Below are positions 55,630 through 64,000 of a stretch of DNA of 64,000 nucleotides, piece by piece (position 1 is the first letter of the stretch; each line of letters starts with the position of its first letter). The notes beneath the pieces are model-generated. The model was not told the DNA's origin and did no database searches. It worked only from the letters and a program-made list of their open reading frames with translations. Source of the DNA: a virus; IMG/VR virus record IMGVR_UViG_3300009130_000011, positions 38,755-102,754 of that record. One strand, written 5' to 3'. A program made the translations under genes and the position numbers.

Positions 55630-55884
55630 TTAGCTTTCTGGGGAAGCGCCTTCGCTACCCGCTTCTTCATACTGCTTTAAGAGATCGCGAATCTCTTCGT
55701 CAGAAGATTCATTGATTTTATCCCTCGCCGCCACAATAGACTGATCTCTTAGCACTTGAAAAGCTGCAGAAAGAGTAACGTTATTAAGGATGTTATTGGC
55801 GATAGGCACTACAAGCTTTTCTTTATCCTCGTCGAGGATTTTTTCTTCGCTTGCTGCTTCTTTTGTCGATGATGCTTCAGTCAT
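55630..55884 (-). CDS. hypothetical protein
   Basis: Coupled ORF. Confidence 0.65.
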   Translation of the reverse strand: MTEASSTKEAASEEKILDEDKEKLVVPIANNILNNVTLSAAFQVLRDQSIVAARDKINESSDEEIRDLLKQYEEAGSEGASPES

Positions 55885-56059
55885 TTTTATTATCTTTTAA
55901 TTGTTTAATAATGTTTTCGTAAATCTTACGAGATAGAATCTTTTCTCTGCCTTTTATTTCTACTAGAACGTAATTTACGCCCCAAGTTGAATCCATATCA
56001 TTAACGAGCTTGATATCATCAAGCTCCAATACGTCGTCTTCAACTTCTTCAGCGCTCAT
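55877..56059 (-). CDS. hypothetical protein
   Basis: Coupled ORF. Confidence 0.6.
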   Translation of the reverse strand: MSAEEVEDDVLELDDIKLVNDMDSTWGVNYVLVEIKGREKILSRKIYENIIKQLKDNKND

Positions 56060-56298
56060 GACTGAACAAAAGTTGATAAATTAGAAATAGGTTCATATGG
56101 TATAGGTCTGCCCGAAGGGTTTTTAATTACATGAAAAAAATTATCATTGCACAATATAATTATTGTAAAAGCAGAAGAGAAAAAGTCTACTCCAAATTTA
56201 GAAATAAACTCGTCCCTGAGGTTATTTAAAAGATCTTCAGTGGGTTCCTGTAATCTTTGGACATAATCAAGCTCATCTATGCTGCTTACTATTACCAT
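56056..56298 (-). CDS. hypothetical protein
   Basis: Coupled ORF. Confidence 0.6.
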   Translation of the reverse strand: MVIVSSIDELDYVQRLQEPTEDLLNNLRDEFISKFGVDFFSSAFTIIILCNDNFFHVIKNPSGRPIPYEPISNLSTFVQS

Positions 56299-56377
56299 TT
56301 GAAGCTATGTGTGCAAAGCCAATAAATTCCAACTGCGATTGATCCTACTACCCATAATAATTCCATAATTTTTTTCC

Positions 56378-56941
56378 TTATCTATATTTTTTTCTAAGCA
56401 ATCTCCATCTGTCGCTATCAATATCTTTTTCTCCATTATGTATAGCGTACAACATATCGACTATCTCGTCAACATTATTATAAATATATTTATGAGGGAA
56501 CATGCCTAGCATCCAAAGCGGGGTTTTTGCTTTGCCACCCTCCATGCTGACAAACACAGGTTTTTTCATTCTTACTGCGGTGACGATTTCTTCCGCAGAA
56601 CCCCACGAGGCAACATCTGGAACAAGATGGGCAACGATAAAATCGCTTCGATCTACTAAGTTTAGATCATATGCTCTAACTGTCTTCATCCTCTCTGTAA
56701 CTCTGTCGTACTGCTTTGTCTTCATCCAGACTTCCATCTCTTGTCTGGTAGCCTCATCCTCTTCAACATCTTTAATAAAAGGCTTGTCATAGGGGTTAAA
56801 GCATGTAATGTTTAGGGGTTCTAAGTCTTCGGTAATATCTTCCCTCCAGTCTCTACCGCTTATATATTGCATATGCCCGACTAGATAAGTTTTTGTCCCT
56901 TCTAGGGCTTTTGGCCCATTATTGTTTATAACTTTCCTCAT
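56378..56941 (-). CDS. nucleoside 2-deoxyribosyltransferase-like protein
   Basis: TYLVGHM..DWRE..FNP..DLNLVDRSDFIV..WGSAEEI. Confidence 0.8.
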   Translation of the reverse strand: MRKVINNNGPKALEGTKTYLVGHMQYISGRDWREDITEDLEPLNITCFNPYDKPFIKDVEEDEATRQEMEVWMKTKQYDRVTERMKTVRAYDLNLVDRSDFIVAHLVPDVASWGSAEEIVTAVRMKKPVFVSMEGGKAKTPLWMLGMFPHKYIYNNVDEIVDMLYAIHNGEKDIDSDRWRLLRKKYR

Positions 56942-56950
56942 AATGAATAT

Positions 56951-56979
56951 AATATATAATATTTCTAAAGATAAGTCAA
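56951..56979 (-). promoter_or_regulatory. sigma70-type promoter
   Basis: TTGACT-N17-TATATT-N9-ATG(56941), back-to-back with a plus-strand GTGTA motif at 56988. Confidence 0.65.
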
Positions 56980-57000
56980 GAAAAAAAGTGTACCATAAGT

Positions 57001-57189
57001 ATGGGCTTACAGGAAATTAATGCAAGATTTTTTGGAAATGATGATTCTGATTGTGGAGATCCTTTGTTATGCGATTTAAAGAATCAATACATAAAAGAAA
57101 AAAATTCTGGGGGGTGTTCTGGCTGCAAAGCCAGAAGATTAAGGGCAAAGTTTGAAGCGTTAATAGTTAAAAAACTAAACGAGAAGTGA
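57001..57189 (+). CDS. small Cys-containing protein
   Basis: GTGTA-N8-ATG; C..C..CSGC. Confidence 0.7.
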   Translation: MGLQEINARFFGNDDSDCGDPLLCDLKNQYIKEKNSGGCSGCKARRLRAKFEALIVKKLNEK

Positions 57190-57539
57190 CGAAGGATTTT
57201 CTTGAGTTTTACTTGTGGGGATTGCTCGTCTCCATAAATTTAATAATTACTTTTTACTCGAGCTCTATAAAAATAAAAGTTTTTGAAATGTTATACCTTG
57301 TTTTAAAGAAAAAACATCAAGTTATAACCTTAGAAGATTTTGACGACTACGTATTTCGAAACTGGGGAGCTTTTGGGGAGATGCTAACATGCTCTTTGTG
57401 CTTTGGGTTTTGGTTAAGTATTTTTATATCTACGGCAATGCAGCAATACTTTAATTTACCTGTTTACTACATAGTATTTTCAGCTTTTTCTTGGCCAAGT
57501 TTGTCTTCCATAGCTTTAAGAGCTTATATGCGTGAGTAG
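57186..57539 (+). CDS. DUF1360-like membrane protein
   Basis: GEMLTCSLCFGFWLS; GTGA overlap with upstream ORF. Confidence 0.7.
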   Translation: MTKDFLEFYLWGLLVSINLIITFYSSSIKIKVFEMLYLVLKKKHQVITLEDFDDYVFRNWGAFGEMLTCSLCFGFWLSIFISTAMQQYFNLPVYYIVFSAFSWPSLSSIALRAYMRE

Positions 57540-58280
57540 TATTCTCGCCTCTTTTGCAGGGATATCGTCAAAGGAATGCCAATCTTGAATTAAATCATTC
57601 TTATAGCGATTGCTCTTCCAGAGTTCTCTTAGCACATCTTTGAATTCTTCAAAACTACTGCAGCCAAGCTTATCTTTCGCATGAGAAGATAGAATTGAAG
57701 ATGGAGAGATATCGTTTACTTTAGAGGATGGCCTAGAGGATTCTTTGGGCGCATCCTTTGAAGAAGAATCTATTTCATCAACCCCTACAATGTGAATATT
57801 TAAAAAGTTTCTAACACATCTTACAAAAGCTCTGTTGCAAGCTATAGTCTCTAAAAATTTGGTGGCAAAAGAACTTGTGTTATCTAAAGTTGCATTTGCT
57901 GCGTCTTCAAAAATCACTGCACTACCTTCCGTTTCATAATTACCTATGAAGCGAATTTTACAAGAAACTGCTACATGATCATGTTCACATTTTATAAAGT
58001 TGTACTCCACTGAGTCAAAACCTCTGAGCCTTGCGAGTTCTTTAATCCCTCCAAGCTTAATTAGAAGTTTATTATCACTTAACCCTTCAATACTTTGGGG
58101 AACCGGCTTGTCATATGTTTCAAAATAACTTTTGTTTGGAAATAGGTGCTCTGGCTTTATCATTGCCCTCCAGTCTATAAACCCATCTTCTTGAAAAACA
58201 TGGTCTACTCCTACAATTAGTCCGTTTTCATCTCTCCCGCGTTTTAACGACGGCTCTGCTTTCTTTTTTGCTGTTGCCAT
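57516..58280 (-). CDS. possible Rad52/Sak-like ssDNA-annealing protein
   Basis: GIKELA...FEDAANA...ETIACNRAFVRCVRNFLNI..VGVDEI pattern; family call tentative. Confidence 0.45.
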   Translation of the reverse strand: MATAKKKAEPSLKRGRDENGLIVGVDHVFQEDGFIDWRAMIKPEHLFPNKSYFETYDKPVPQSIEGLSDNKLLIKLGGIKELARLRGFDSVEYNFIKCEHDHVAVSCKIRFIGNYETEGSAVIFEDAANATLDNTSSFATKFLETIACNRAFVRCVRNFLNIHIVGVDEIDSSSKDAPKESSRPSSKVNDISPSSILSSHAKDKLGCSSFEEFKDVLRELWKSNRYKNDLIQDWHSFDDIPAKEARILLTHISS

Positions 58281-58281
58281 T

Positions 58282-59472
58282 TTATTTAATGTTGAATAGT
58301 TTATAATGTGGAGCCCACTCCCAAAATAAATCTTGATTTAGTATTTCAATACCTCCGTTGAGACCTCTTGAGTCTGCGGCTGGCATTGGAATTTCTTCTT
58401 TTTGGTGAGCTTCGCTTGCATACTTATTTTGATTGGAGAATATAACTCTCGATGTTTTAAAGAGAGTAGTATCGCATATTTTCTCTGGTTTGTCAACACA
58501 TTTTTTAGAATATTTTTCTAAAGACAATACTTGCCAGTCAAAATAGTGCATCCTATAGGAAGATATTAGATCTTCATCTTCAGTCTTGAGTTCGAATGGA
58601 ATTCCGGCAGTCTGTAGAATCTTTAAGTAATCTATTGGAATTTTAACTTGCTGCCCAGATATAATAAAAATAATTTTTTTAATATTATTTTTAAAAGGAA
58701 AAATTGTTGCAAGATCTATCTGTTCTTTCGCAATAATATCACATTTACAGTAACTCAACCAAGAAGCTAAATTATTTGAGCTGTGATGCTTGTCCATTCT
58801 GACGCGGAGTTCAGAGCCAGAAAAATGTGCATTAGGTAAAAAATTTGGGATAACGTCAATGCTAACTTTGCCAAAATTAGAGCCTACATAAAAACAATCT
58901 AAATCATTTAAGTTATGATTTATGTTTAATAAATTTAAACCTTCGGACGCAATGTCGTCTGGGCAAATCATGTTGATCGTTTTAGGTGATTCATTATTTG
59001 AATAGCTCGGTTTTAAGCCCTTCCTGTCACTTTCCAGCAAGACTGTAGTTGAGTCGTCTCTCCAATAGGGCGCAGAGTGTTGTTTGTACATATTGGAATA
59101 AAGCCCTACGATAGGAACTTTAAAGTGGGAGGCAAGGTGTATTGGTAGGCTATCTATACCAATATGCAATGAGCTTTTTGAAAGAACATACGCAAGTTGC
59201 TTTAGATTTGTTTTTCCTCTCAAGTCCTTGCAATAAGGAACTAGCGGATCGTCTTTCATTCCAACTTGAAAAATAGAAATCCCTTCTTCCTTTAAAAAAG
59301 GCAGCATAGAGGAGACTGCATCACCAAAATAGTCATAGTTCCTAGATTCAAACTTTGCACTATTGTGAATTGTAATATACTTATCAACACCAGTTGGATA
59401 AAAAAGTGTTTCTATATGCGGTTTACCTATTTTTAGGCCGCAACTCAAGGCATACTGTTCTAAGATGTGCAT
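58282..59472 (-). CDS. GT9-like glycosyltransferase (nucleotide-binding lobe) plus unknown C-terminal domain
   Basis: DLRGKTNLKQLAYVL....LHIGIDSLPIHLASHFKVPIVGLY. Confidence 0.78.
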   Translation of the reverse strand: MHILEQYALSCGLKIGKPHIETLFYPTGVDKYITIHNSAKFESRNYDYFGDAVSSMLPFLKEEGISIFQVGMKDDPLVPYCKDLRGKTNLKQLAYVLSKSSLHIGIDSLPIHLASHFKVPIVGLYSNMYKQHSAPYWRDDSTTVLLESDRKGLKPSYSNNESPKTINMICPDDIASEGLNLLNINHNLNDLDCFYVGSNFGKVSIDVIPNFLPNAHFSGSELRVRMDKHHSSNNLASWLSYCKCDIIAKEQIDLATIFPFKNNIKKIIFIISGQQVKIPIDYLKILQTAGIPFELKTEDEDLISSYRMHYFDWQVLSLEKYSKKCVDKPEKICDTTLFKTSRVIFSNQNKYASEAHQKEEIPMPAADSRGLNGGIEILNQDLFWEWAPHYKLFNIK

Positions 59473-61373
59473 TCTAATTCGAGCTCTATTTTGTCTTTGC
59501 CATTATGCAAATAGTTCAGTTGTCTTTGAGTGCCTATGTGGGGTAAGTAAGCTACCTCAAAAAAACCTTTGTGCGCTCCCGCGCCTTCAAGGAAAAGAAG
59601 CTGCTCGCAGGATTCAGAATAAGGGATTACTTTATGAATATAAGGATTTCCATCTAACAAAGAAATGAATTGAGGTTTAGTGAAAAAATAAATGTTGTGA
59701 TCTGGGTATAAGTTTTTAATTCTGCCTAAAAGAGAAGTAGACATAAAGACATCTCCAGCGCTCTCAGGCATAACAAAAGCTATTCTCTTCCCCTCGTCAT
59801 CATCTAGAAAATCAGAAAGATCTTTTTTTCCAAAATTGTCTTGGTTTTCTTTTGCTGCAATTTTTTTAAAGTAAGAAAGTATTGTTTTTCTGTCTTTTCC
59901 TGCAGAAAACTGAGACATCCAGTACTTATGCCCTTCGTCACTAGCATCGACATCGGCATTTAAAATGTTTTTGTAAAGATCGAAGAGCCACTCGGCGTCA
60001 TCTTCTATGTCTGGTGGAATGTAGTCTGGATTGCGTTTTTTCTCAGAAAAATCAAAATCCCAATCACAAAATGGTAATTCATCTATAATTTTTTCTAACT
60101 TAGCGCCTATAACTTTTGTATCATAGCGTTCTAGTACAAATTTTCTAGCTTCTTTACCCATTTTAGACTTATCTTTTTTTGACATCTGAAAAACTTGAGT
60201 CAGCTTTCTTGATATGTCTATGTGGTCTGTCGTTGCTTTTATAAATTGCGTGCCGGGCTCTCTGTATGGTGACCAATTGAGGGCCATACCTCCGGAGCCT
60301 TCACCAACTGAATCTGTGCCACAGCTATAGTCCGTAACCAAAGTTATAAGCTCACAAAGTTTTGCTTCTTGAATTGGAATTTCTTGACCACCAGAAGTAA
60401 AAGGATGACAGTATACATCCATCAAATTATATATTTGATTTAATTGATCTTCCGAAACTCCACACTTGACATTTGATGTTTGCTGAGTTTTTTTAGACTT
60501 ACAGTAGGGACAGTCCTTATCTTGCCCAGAAAAAGGTTTTATTTCAAATCTTTTACATTTATTACATAAATAAGTTGTTAAGACTCTTTCTTCTGGAATG
60601 CCAAACTCTTTAATTAGCCTTGGAATTTCCCAGCCCTCAGACCAATGAGTGTGAAGAAGTAGTACTGCATCTGCAGACTTGTTTTCTTCGCAGAAATTTT
60701 TAAAACCTTCCAGTAGATTGGGGACGCTTTTGCGAAGCTGATTCCTAAAAACATACCCAATAACAAATTTATTATTATTTAAATTAAATTTATTTCTTAA
60801 TATTTCTCTCTCAGAATTTTTAATTTTAAAAAAGTGGTCGGTCTCGATGCTTCCATGAAGGGTTTTAACGTGGGAGTGTCCTAGGCTATTTAATTCATTA
60901 GACGCAAATGAAGCCCATGTATAAAAATTACTGATTTTAGGGGCTGCATTGACCGCCATGGGTAAAATAGGAGAACTGTCTAATGTAGTCCAGATCATGC
61001 AGCTTAATTTATTCCACCACTTTCTATCCCAATAACCATCAAACGCCCAAATATCTTCAGCCCCGATGTAAATGTCAGGCTTTACTTCTTTTATTATTTG
61101 ATCTATCATTTCTGATCCATAAGCCGCTCGTTTTGCTAGGCCGGGATCTTTGTTAATTTGCGCTCGCTGCGCTGGGTTGTTAGGGAGAGTGCCGATGGCC
61201 TCCCAAGGCATCAGCTCTAAAGAGGGCTCTCCATATGCAAATCCATTTGCAGCTTCTACTATTTCGTACTTTTCGGTATTAAATAAATGCTTTAAAATGT
61301 TTTTTGCGTTCTTGCCGAAGCCAGTAAATACCTTACTGTGATTGGAGTGGAAGAGAATTTTTTTCTTTCTCAT
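59460..61373 (-). CDS. GT4-like glycosyltransferase with zinc-ribbon insert and C-terminal GT9-like lobe
   Basis: TGFG, RNQLRK, YNLMDVY..TSGGQEIPIQEA; CNKC..CPYC; SAGDVFMST..LLDGNPYIHKVI. Confidence 0.85.
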   Translation of the reverse strand: MRKKKILFHSNHSKVFTGFGKNAKNILKHLFNTEKYEIVEAANGFAYGEPSLELMPWEAIGTLPNNPAQRAQINKDPGLAKRAAYGSEMIDQIIKEVKPDIYIGAEDIWAFDGYWDRKWWNKLSCMIWTTLDSSPILPMAVNAAPKISNFYTWASFASNELNSLGHSHVKTLHGSIETDHFFKIKNSEREILRNKFNLNNNKFVIGYVFRNQLRKSVPNLLEGFKNFCEENKSADAVLLLHTHWSEGWEIPRLIKEFGIPEERVLTTYLCNKCKRFEIKPFSGQDKDCPYCKSKKTQQTSNVKCGVSEDQLNQIYNLMDVYCHPFTSGGQEIPIQEAKLCELITLVTDYSCGTDSVGEGSGGMALNWSPYREPGTQFIKATTDHIDISRKLTQVFQMSKKDKSKMGKEARKFVLERYDTKVIGAKLEKIIDELPFCDWDFDFSEKKRNPDYIPPDIEDDAEWLFDLYKNILNADVDASDEGHKYWMSQFSAGKDRKTILSYFKKIAAKENQDNFGKKDLSDFLDDDEGKRIAFVMPESAGDVFMSTSLLGRIKNLYPDHNIYFFTKPQFISLLDGNPYIHKVIPYSESCEQLLFLEGAGAHKGFFEVAYLPHIGTQRQLNYLHNGKDKIELELECTS

Positions 61374-61378
61374 ATAGA

Positions 61379-61933
61379 CTAGGATTCTTCTCTCTCGTCT
61401 TTTCTTCTTTTTAAGTCTTTAATTTGCTTGCGGAGTCTTTGGTCGTAAAGCTTGCTAAAATAAAAGTCAATGAGCGCGCTTAAGGCTTCCACTTCTCCCG
61501 GCTCAAGACCTATTCTAAAGGAATTATTTCCATGTCTGGTTATGGTCAGGCCAAATGCAGGGAGAACTAAACTTTGTTCTTCTAGTTTTTTTGTCTTGGG
61601 ATTTAGGATTGATATCTTGGACGGTTTATCCCAAGGAGTAAAGCGAATTGTGGTTTGATTTGACTCGTGTTGATGGAAGGTCGAATAGGGCTGTCTATTT
61701 TTTATAGAACTTTTGATTGCACCCAGCTCAAATTCTCCAAGCTTTACATTGATAGACTTTTCTGGATTGCCAGCATTGCCTTTAAATGATCCAACTCGAG
61801 CCTTTTGATCCCATCCTGACTGTAGGATGGCACTTATAAAAAGAATGTGCTCTTCGTTTTTTTTGTCTCTACCTATTTGGAATTGAAACGCGCAGCCCGT
61901 GTTACTTTTGTTTGGTTTATATATTGAAAGCAT
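61379..61933 (-). CDS. hypothetical protein
   Basis: Behind TTGACA-N17-TATAAT (61956..61984). Confidence 0.8.
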   Translation of the reverse strand: MLSIYKPNKSNTGCAFQFQIGRDKKNEEHILFISAILQSGWDQKARVGSFKGNAGNPEKSINVKLGEFELGAIKSSIKNRQPYSTFHQHESNQTTIRFTPWDKPSKISILNPKTKKLEEQSLVLPAFGLTITRHGNNSFRIGLEPGEVEALSALIDFYFSKLYDQRLRKQIKDLKRRKDEREES

Positions 61934-61955
61934 AATTATAATTAAGTTACGCTCA

Positions 61956-61984
61956 ATTATAAACTATAATTTCTGTAATGTCAA
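61956..61984 (-). promoter_or_regulatory. consensus sigma70 promoter
   Basis: Exact TTGACA-N17-TATAAT. Confidence 0.85.
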
Positions 61985-62023
61985 GACTTTTTTAGTGGAA
62001 ATGGAATCTCTGCAGGCAAGCTT

Positions 62024-64000
62024 TTAGTGCAGCGCTACCCAGCTTCCGTTTGCTCGTCCGTAAAATTTGTTGTCAGTGGTATTATAGATCATTTCTCCAT
62101 TAGTGGCATTTTGCATGTTATTCATTTGAGCCGTTGTCATCCTAGGTAAAATAGATTGTGTCTCGAGAGATGATAAACTAAGGGAGTGGTCTTGAATTGT
62201 CTTTGAAGTGTTTTTAATGAAACTAGGTAGATCATAGTATTCGTTATTATCTCCCACAACAAACAAGCCATTTTGAACAATAAATGATCCGTCTTCTTTT
62301 ATAATTATATCTGATGACATCTCCTTCCAATTGCCATTAGAATCTCTTCCAATAAAATAAGTAGGCATCCATGGGCAATCTGATTTTGTAAAAGTTTGAG
62401 AAGGAGACCAGTATGTCGAACCATCAATAATTAAAATAGTTCTCCAGAAATAAGTTGTATCAGCTGCAAGCCCATGCGCTTGATATGTAAAAATTTGACC
62501 TGCAGTCTCAACCCATCTACCCGCAACAGGAAAAGAGCCAGCACTATCAAAAAATGAGACATCATCCCATTCTCCGTAATCTGCCGTGCCTTCGTCTGTT
62601 TCGCCCCATACAACTCCGAGAATGAAATCGGCTGAAAGGCCACCATCGACGGTAAAGTTTAATTGCTCTCTATCTGTATCAACGCAATCATTAGAGACCG
62701 CAGAAAAAGAATATGTTATTGAGCTCGGGTCAGAAGGTTCTGTAGTCTTTCTCGCATTTACAGGTGGCCATTGAGCGTTTGTTAGTGAAGGAATTTCGAT
62801 CCAAGTAATTGCATTTCCTAAAAATGTTGTTATTCCATCTTGAACTGGAGTTAAGCCATGATCCATTTGGTGTGCTGTATTTGGCATATGCCAAGTGGCT
62901 CCAGACGGATCGTCGTTATAAGTGTGCGTATGCGAGCCTCCAGAATTAGGGTTGCCTACTTGGTTTTCATAGTAATCTGCTTCAGCTTTAGTTGCAAATA
63001 AAGGGTATGAATAGTAGCCATCAGGACTTTCTATATACCTAAAAGTCATCGACGGAGCTGGGGTAGGCGTAGGCGTTGGAGTGCTCGGAGCTGGGGTAGG
63101 CGTAGGCGTTGGAGTGCTCGGAGCTGGCGTTGGAGTGGGCGTTGGAGTAGGTGTTGGGGTGGGTGTTATTCCTGCTGGCACATCGTAGTAAACCCAGTCA
63201 GACCAAGTATATGGCGAAGGGCCTGTTGATGCATTTCTGTACCTTGCACGAGACGGTCCCGAAACGGCGGCTGTCCACCCAAAGGGAGATGTTCCATAAT
63301 CGGTTGCTTGAAGACCCCCTTGGTAACTAGAAGTGGCTGGATCCCAATGCTCGACATCTATCGTATATTCTCCTCCGGCAGTATTATTTTGTAAAACTCC
63401 AAGCGTGAACTCGGCCCTGTTCATATTGGAGTTAAACCAAAAAACACGCACCGACATGCTGTGCCCTATGTCTTGGTTGCCCGAAATAGTTCCTCCTCCT
63501 GAATAAGTGTCTGTTGTACCCGGATCTGTTACAGCTGGGTCTGAAGGGTTAGGTGTTGGCGTGGGTGTTGGGGTTGGAGTTGGCGTTGGAGTGGGCGTTG
63601 GAGTAGGTGTTGGGGCTGTTATACCATTAGATGAATAATATACCCATTTAGACCATGTGCTGCTAGAGTCATTAAGATGTCTATACCTTGCTCTGTTGTT
63701 TCCGGGATTGCCGGGAGTATAAGCGGTTGCCCATCCGTAAACGGTTTGAGAAGTTACGTTATTATAGGCTCCACTTGCTTTATATTCATTATCACCAACC
63801 GACCAAAACTGTGTCTCTAACCTGTAATTATCTGTCGGATAAGCTGAAAGCTGACCAAGCGTATAAATTGCTCTATATGTTGGAAGAGTATTCCCGGGCG
63901 CATGGGAGTGCCACGAAACGGCAACGGATAAACTATGGTCTTGCGGGCCGCCAGTGTTAGTATCTTCAGGTCCAGTCTCAGTCCAAGTATGGGTTGTTCC
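62024..64000 (-). CDS. fibre/adhesin-like protein with repeated domains and Pro-Thr linkers (5' end outside window)
   Basis: Frame is open from 64000 to 62024; two related domains (..RARYR...TWS.WVYY) each followed by (PT)n; C-terminal LPRMTTAQ..GEMIYNTT..W motif recalled from fibre proteins. Confidence 0.7.
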   Translation of the reverse strand, partial: GTTHTWTETGPEDTNTGGPQDHSLSVAVSWHSHAPGNTLPTYRAIYTLGQLSAYPTDNYRLETQFWSVGDNEYKASGAYNNVTSQTVYGWATAYTPGNPGNNRARYRHLNDSSSTWSKWVYYSSNGITAPTPTPTPTPTPTPTPTPTPTPNPSDPAVTDPGTTDTYSGGGTISGNQDIGHSMSVRVFWFNSNMNRAEFTLGVLQNNTAGGEYTIDVEHWDPATSSYQGGLQATDYGTSPFGWTAAVSGPSRARYRNASTGPSPYTWSDWVYYDVPAGITPTPTPTPTPTPTPAPSTPTPTPTPAPSTPTPTPTPAPSMTFRYIESPDGYYSYPLFATKAEADYYENQVGNPNSGGSHTHTYNDDPSGATWHMPNTAHQMDHGLTPVQDGITTFLGNAITWIEIPSLTNAQWPPVNARKTTEPSDPSSITYSFSAVSNDCVDTDREQLNFTVDGGLSADFILGVVWGETDEGTADYGEWDDVSFFDSAGSFPVAGRWVETAGQIFTYQAHGLAADTTYFWRTILIIDGSTYWSPSQTFTKSDCPWMPTYFIGRDSNGNWKEMSSDIIIKEDGSFIVQNGLFVVGDNNEYYDLPSFIKNTSKTIQDHSLSLSSLETQSILPRMTTAQMNNMQNATNGEMIYNTTDNKFYGRANGSWVALH
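63054..63168. repeat. imperfect tandem repeats encoding a PT/PAPS linker
   Basis: Duplicated ggagctggggtaggcgtaggcgttggagtgctc unit plus 6-bp PT codon repeats. Confidence 0.85.
63551..63615. repeat. imperfect 6-bp repeats encoding a second (PT)n linker
   Basis: ggtgttggcgtgggtgttggggttggagttggc... Confidence 0.85.

Overview
This looks like an AT-rich, gene-dense 64-kb segment of a large dsDNA bacteriophage, with almost all genes on the minus strand. No capsid, terminase or polymerase gene falls in the window, so 'phage' is inferred from gene content and organisation. The left ~21 kb is an array of small unknown ORFs with SprT-like protease, UvsE, ATP-dependent DNA ligase, RuvB-like ATPase, P-loop kinase, macrodomain, cytidylyltransferase, tRNA-Leu(UAA) and tRNA-Thr(UGU). 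The rest carries host-like genes suggesting a Verrucomicrobiota/Planctomycetota host: IF-1, an ECF sigma factor, a DUF1549/1553 + DUF1501 pair and a TorF-like beta-barrel. It also holds a glycan-modification set (seven or so glycosyltransferase-like ORFs, five sulfotransferases, pyrophosphatase, epimerase, methyltransferase), polyamine genes (two speD, one speE), an ATE/Bpt-like aminoacyl transferase, a membrane-anchored S8 protease, a tmRNA, and the 3' part of a Pro/Thr-linker fibre-like gene. The main signals read from the DNA are: (1) two promoter classes that both sit almost directly on start codons, TTGAC(A/T)-N17-TAnnnT-N6-10-ATG and GTGTA-N8-12-start, implying largely leaderless transcripts; (2) a tmRNA whose tag is 31 aa, repetitive, strongly basic and free of acidic residues; (3) a glycosyltransferase/sulfotransferase/PPase locus that may build a sulfated glycan; (4) a cluster of intact enzyme homologues with altered catalytic motifs. 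All family names come from motif recognition by eye, not from database searches.
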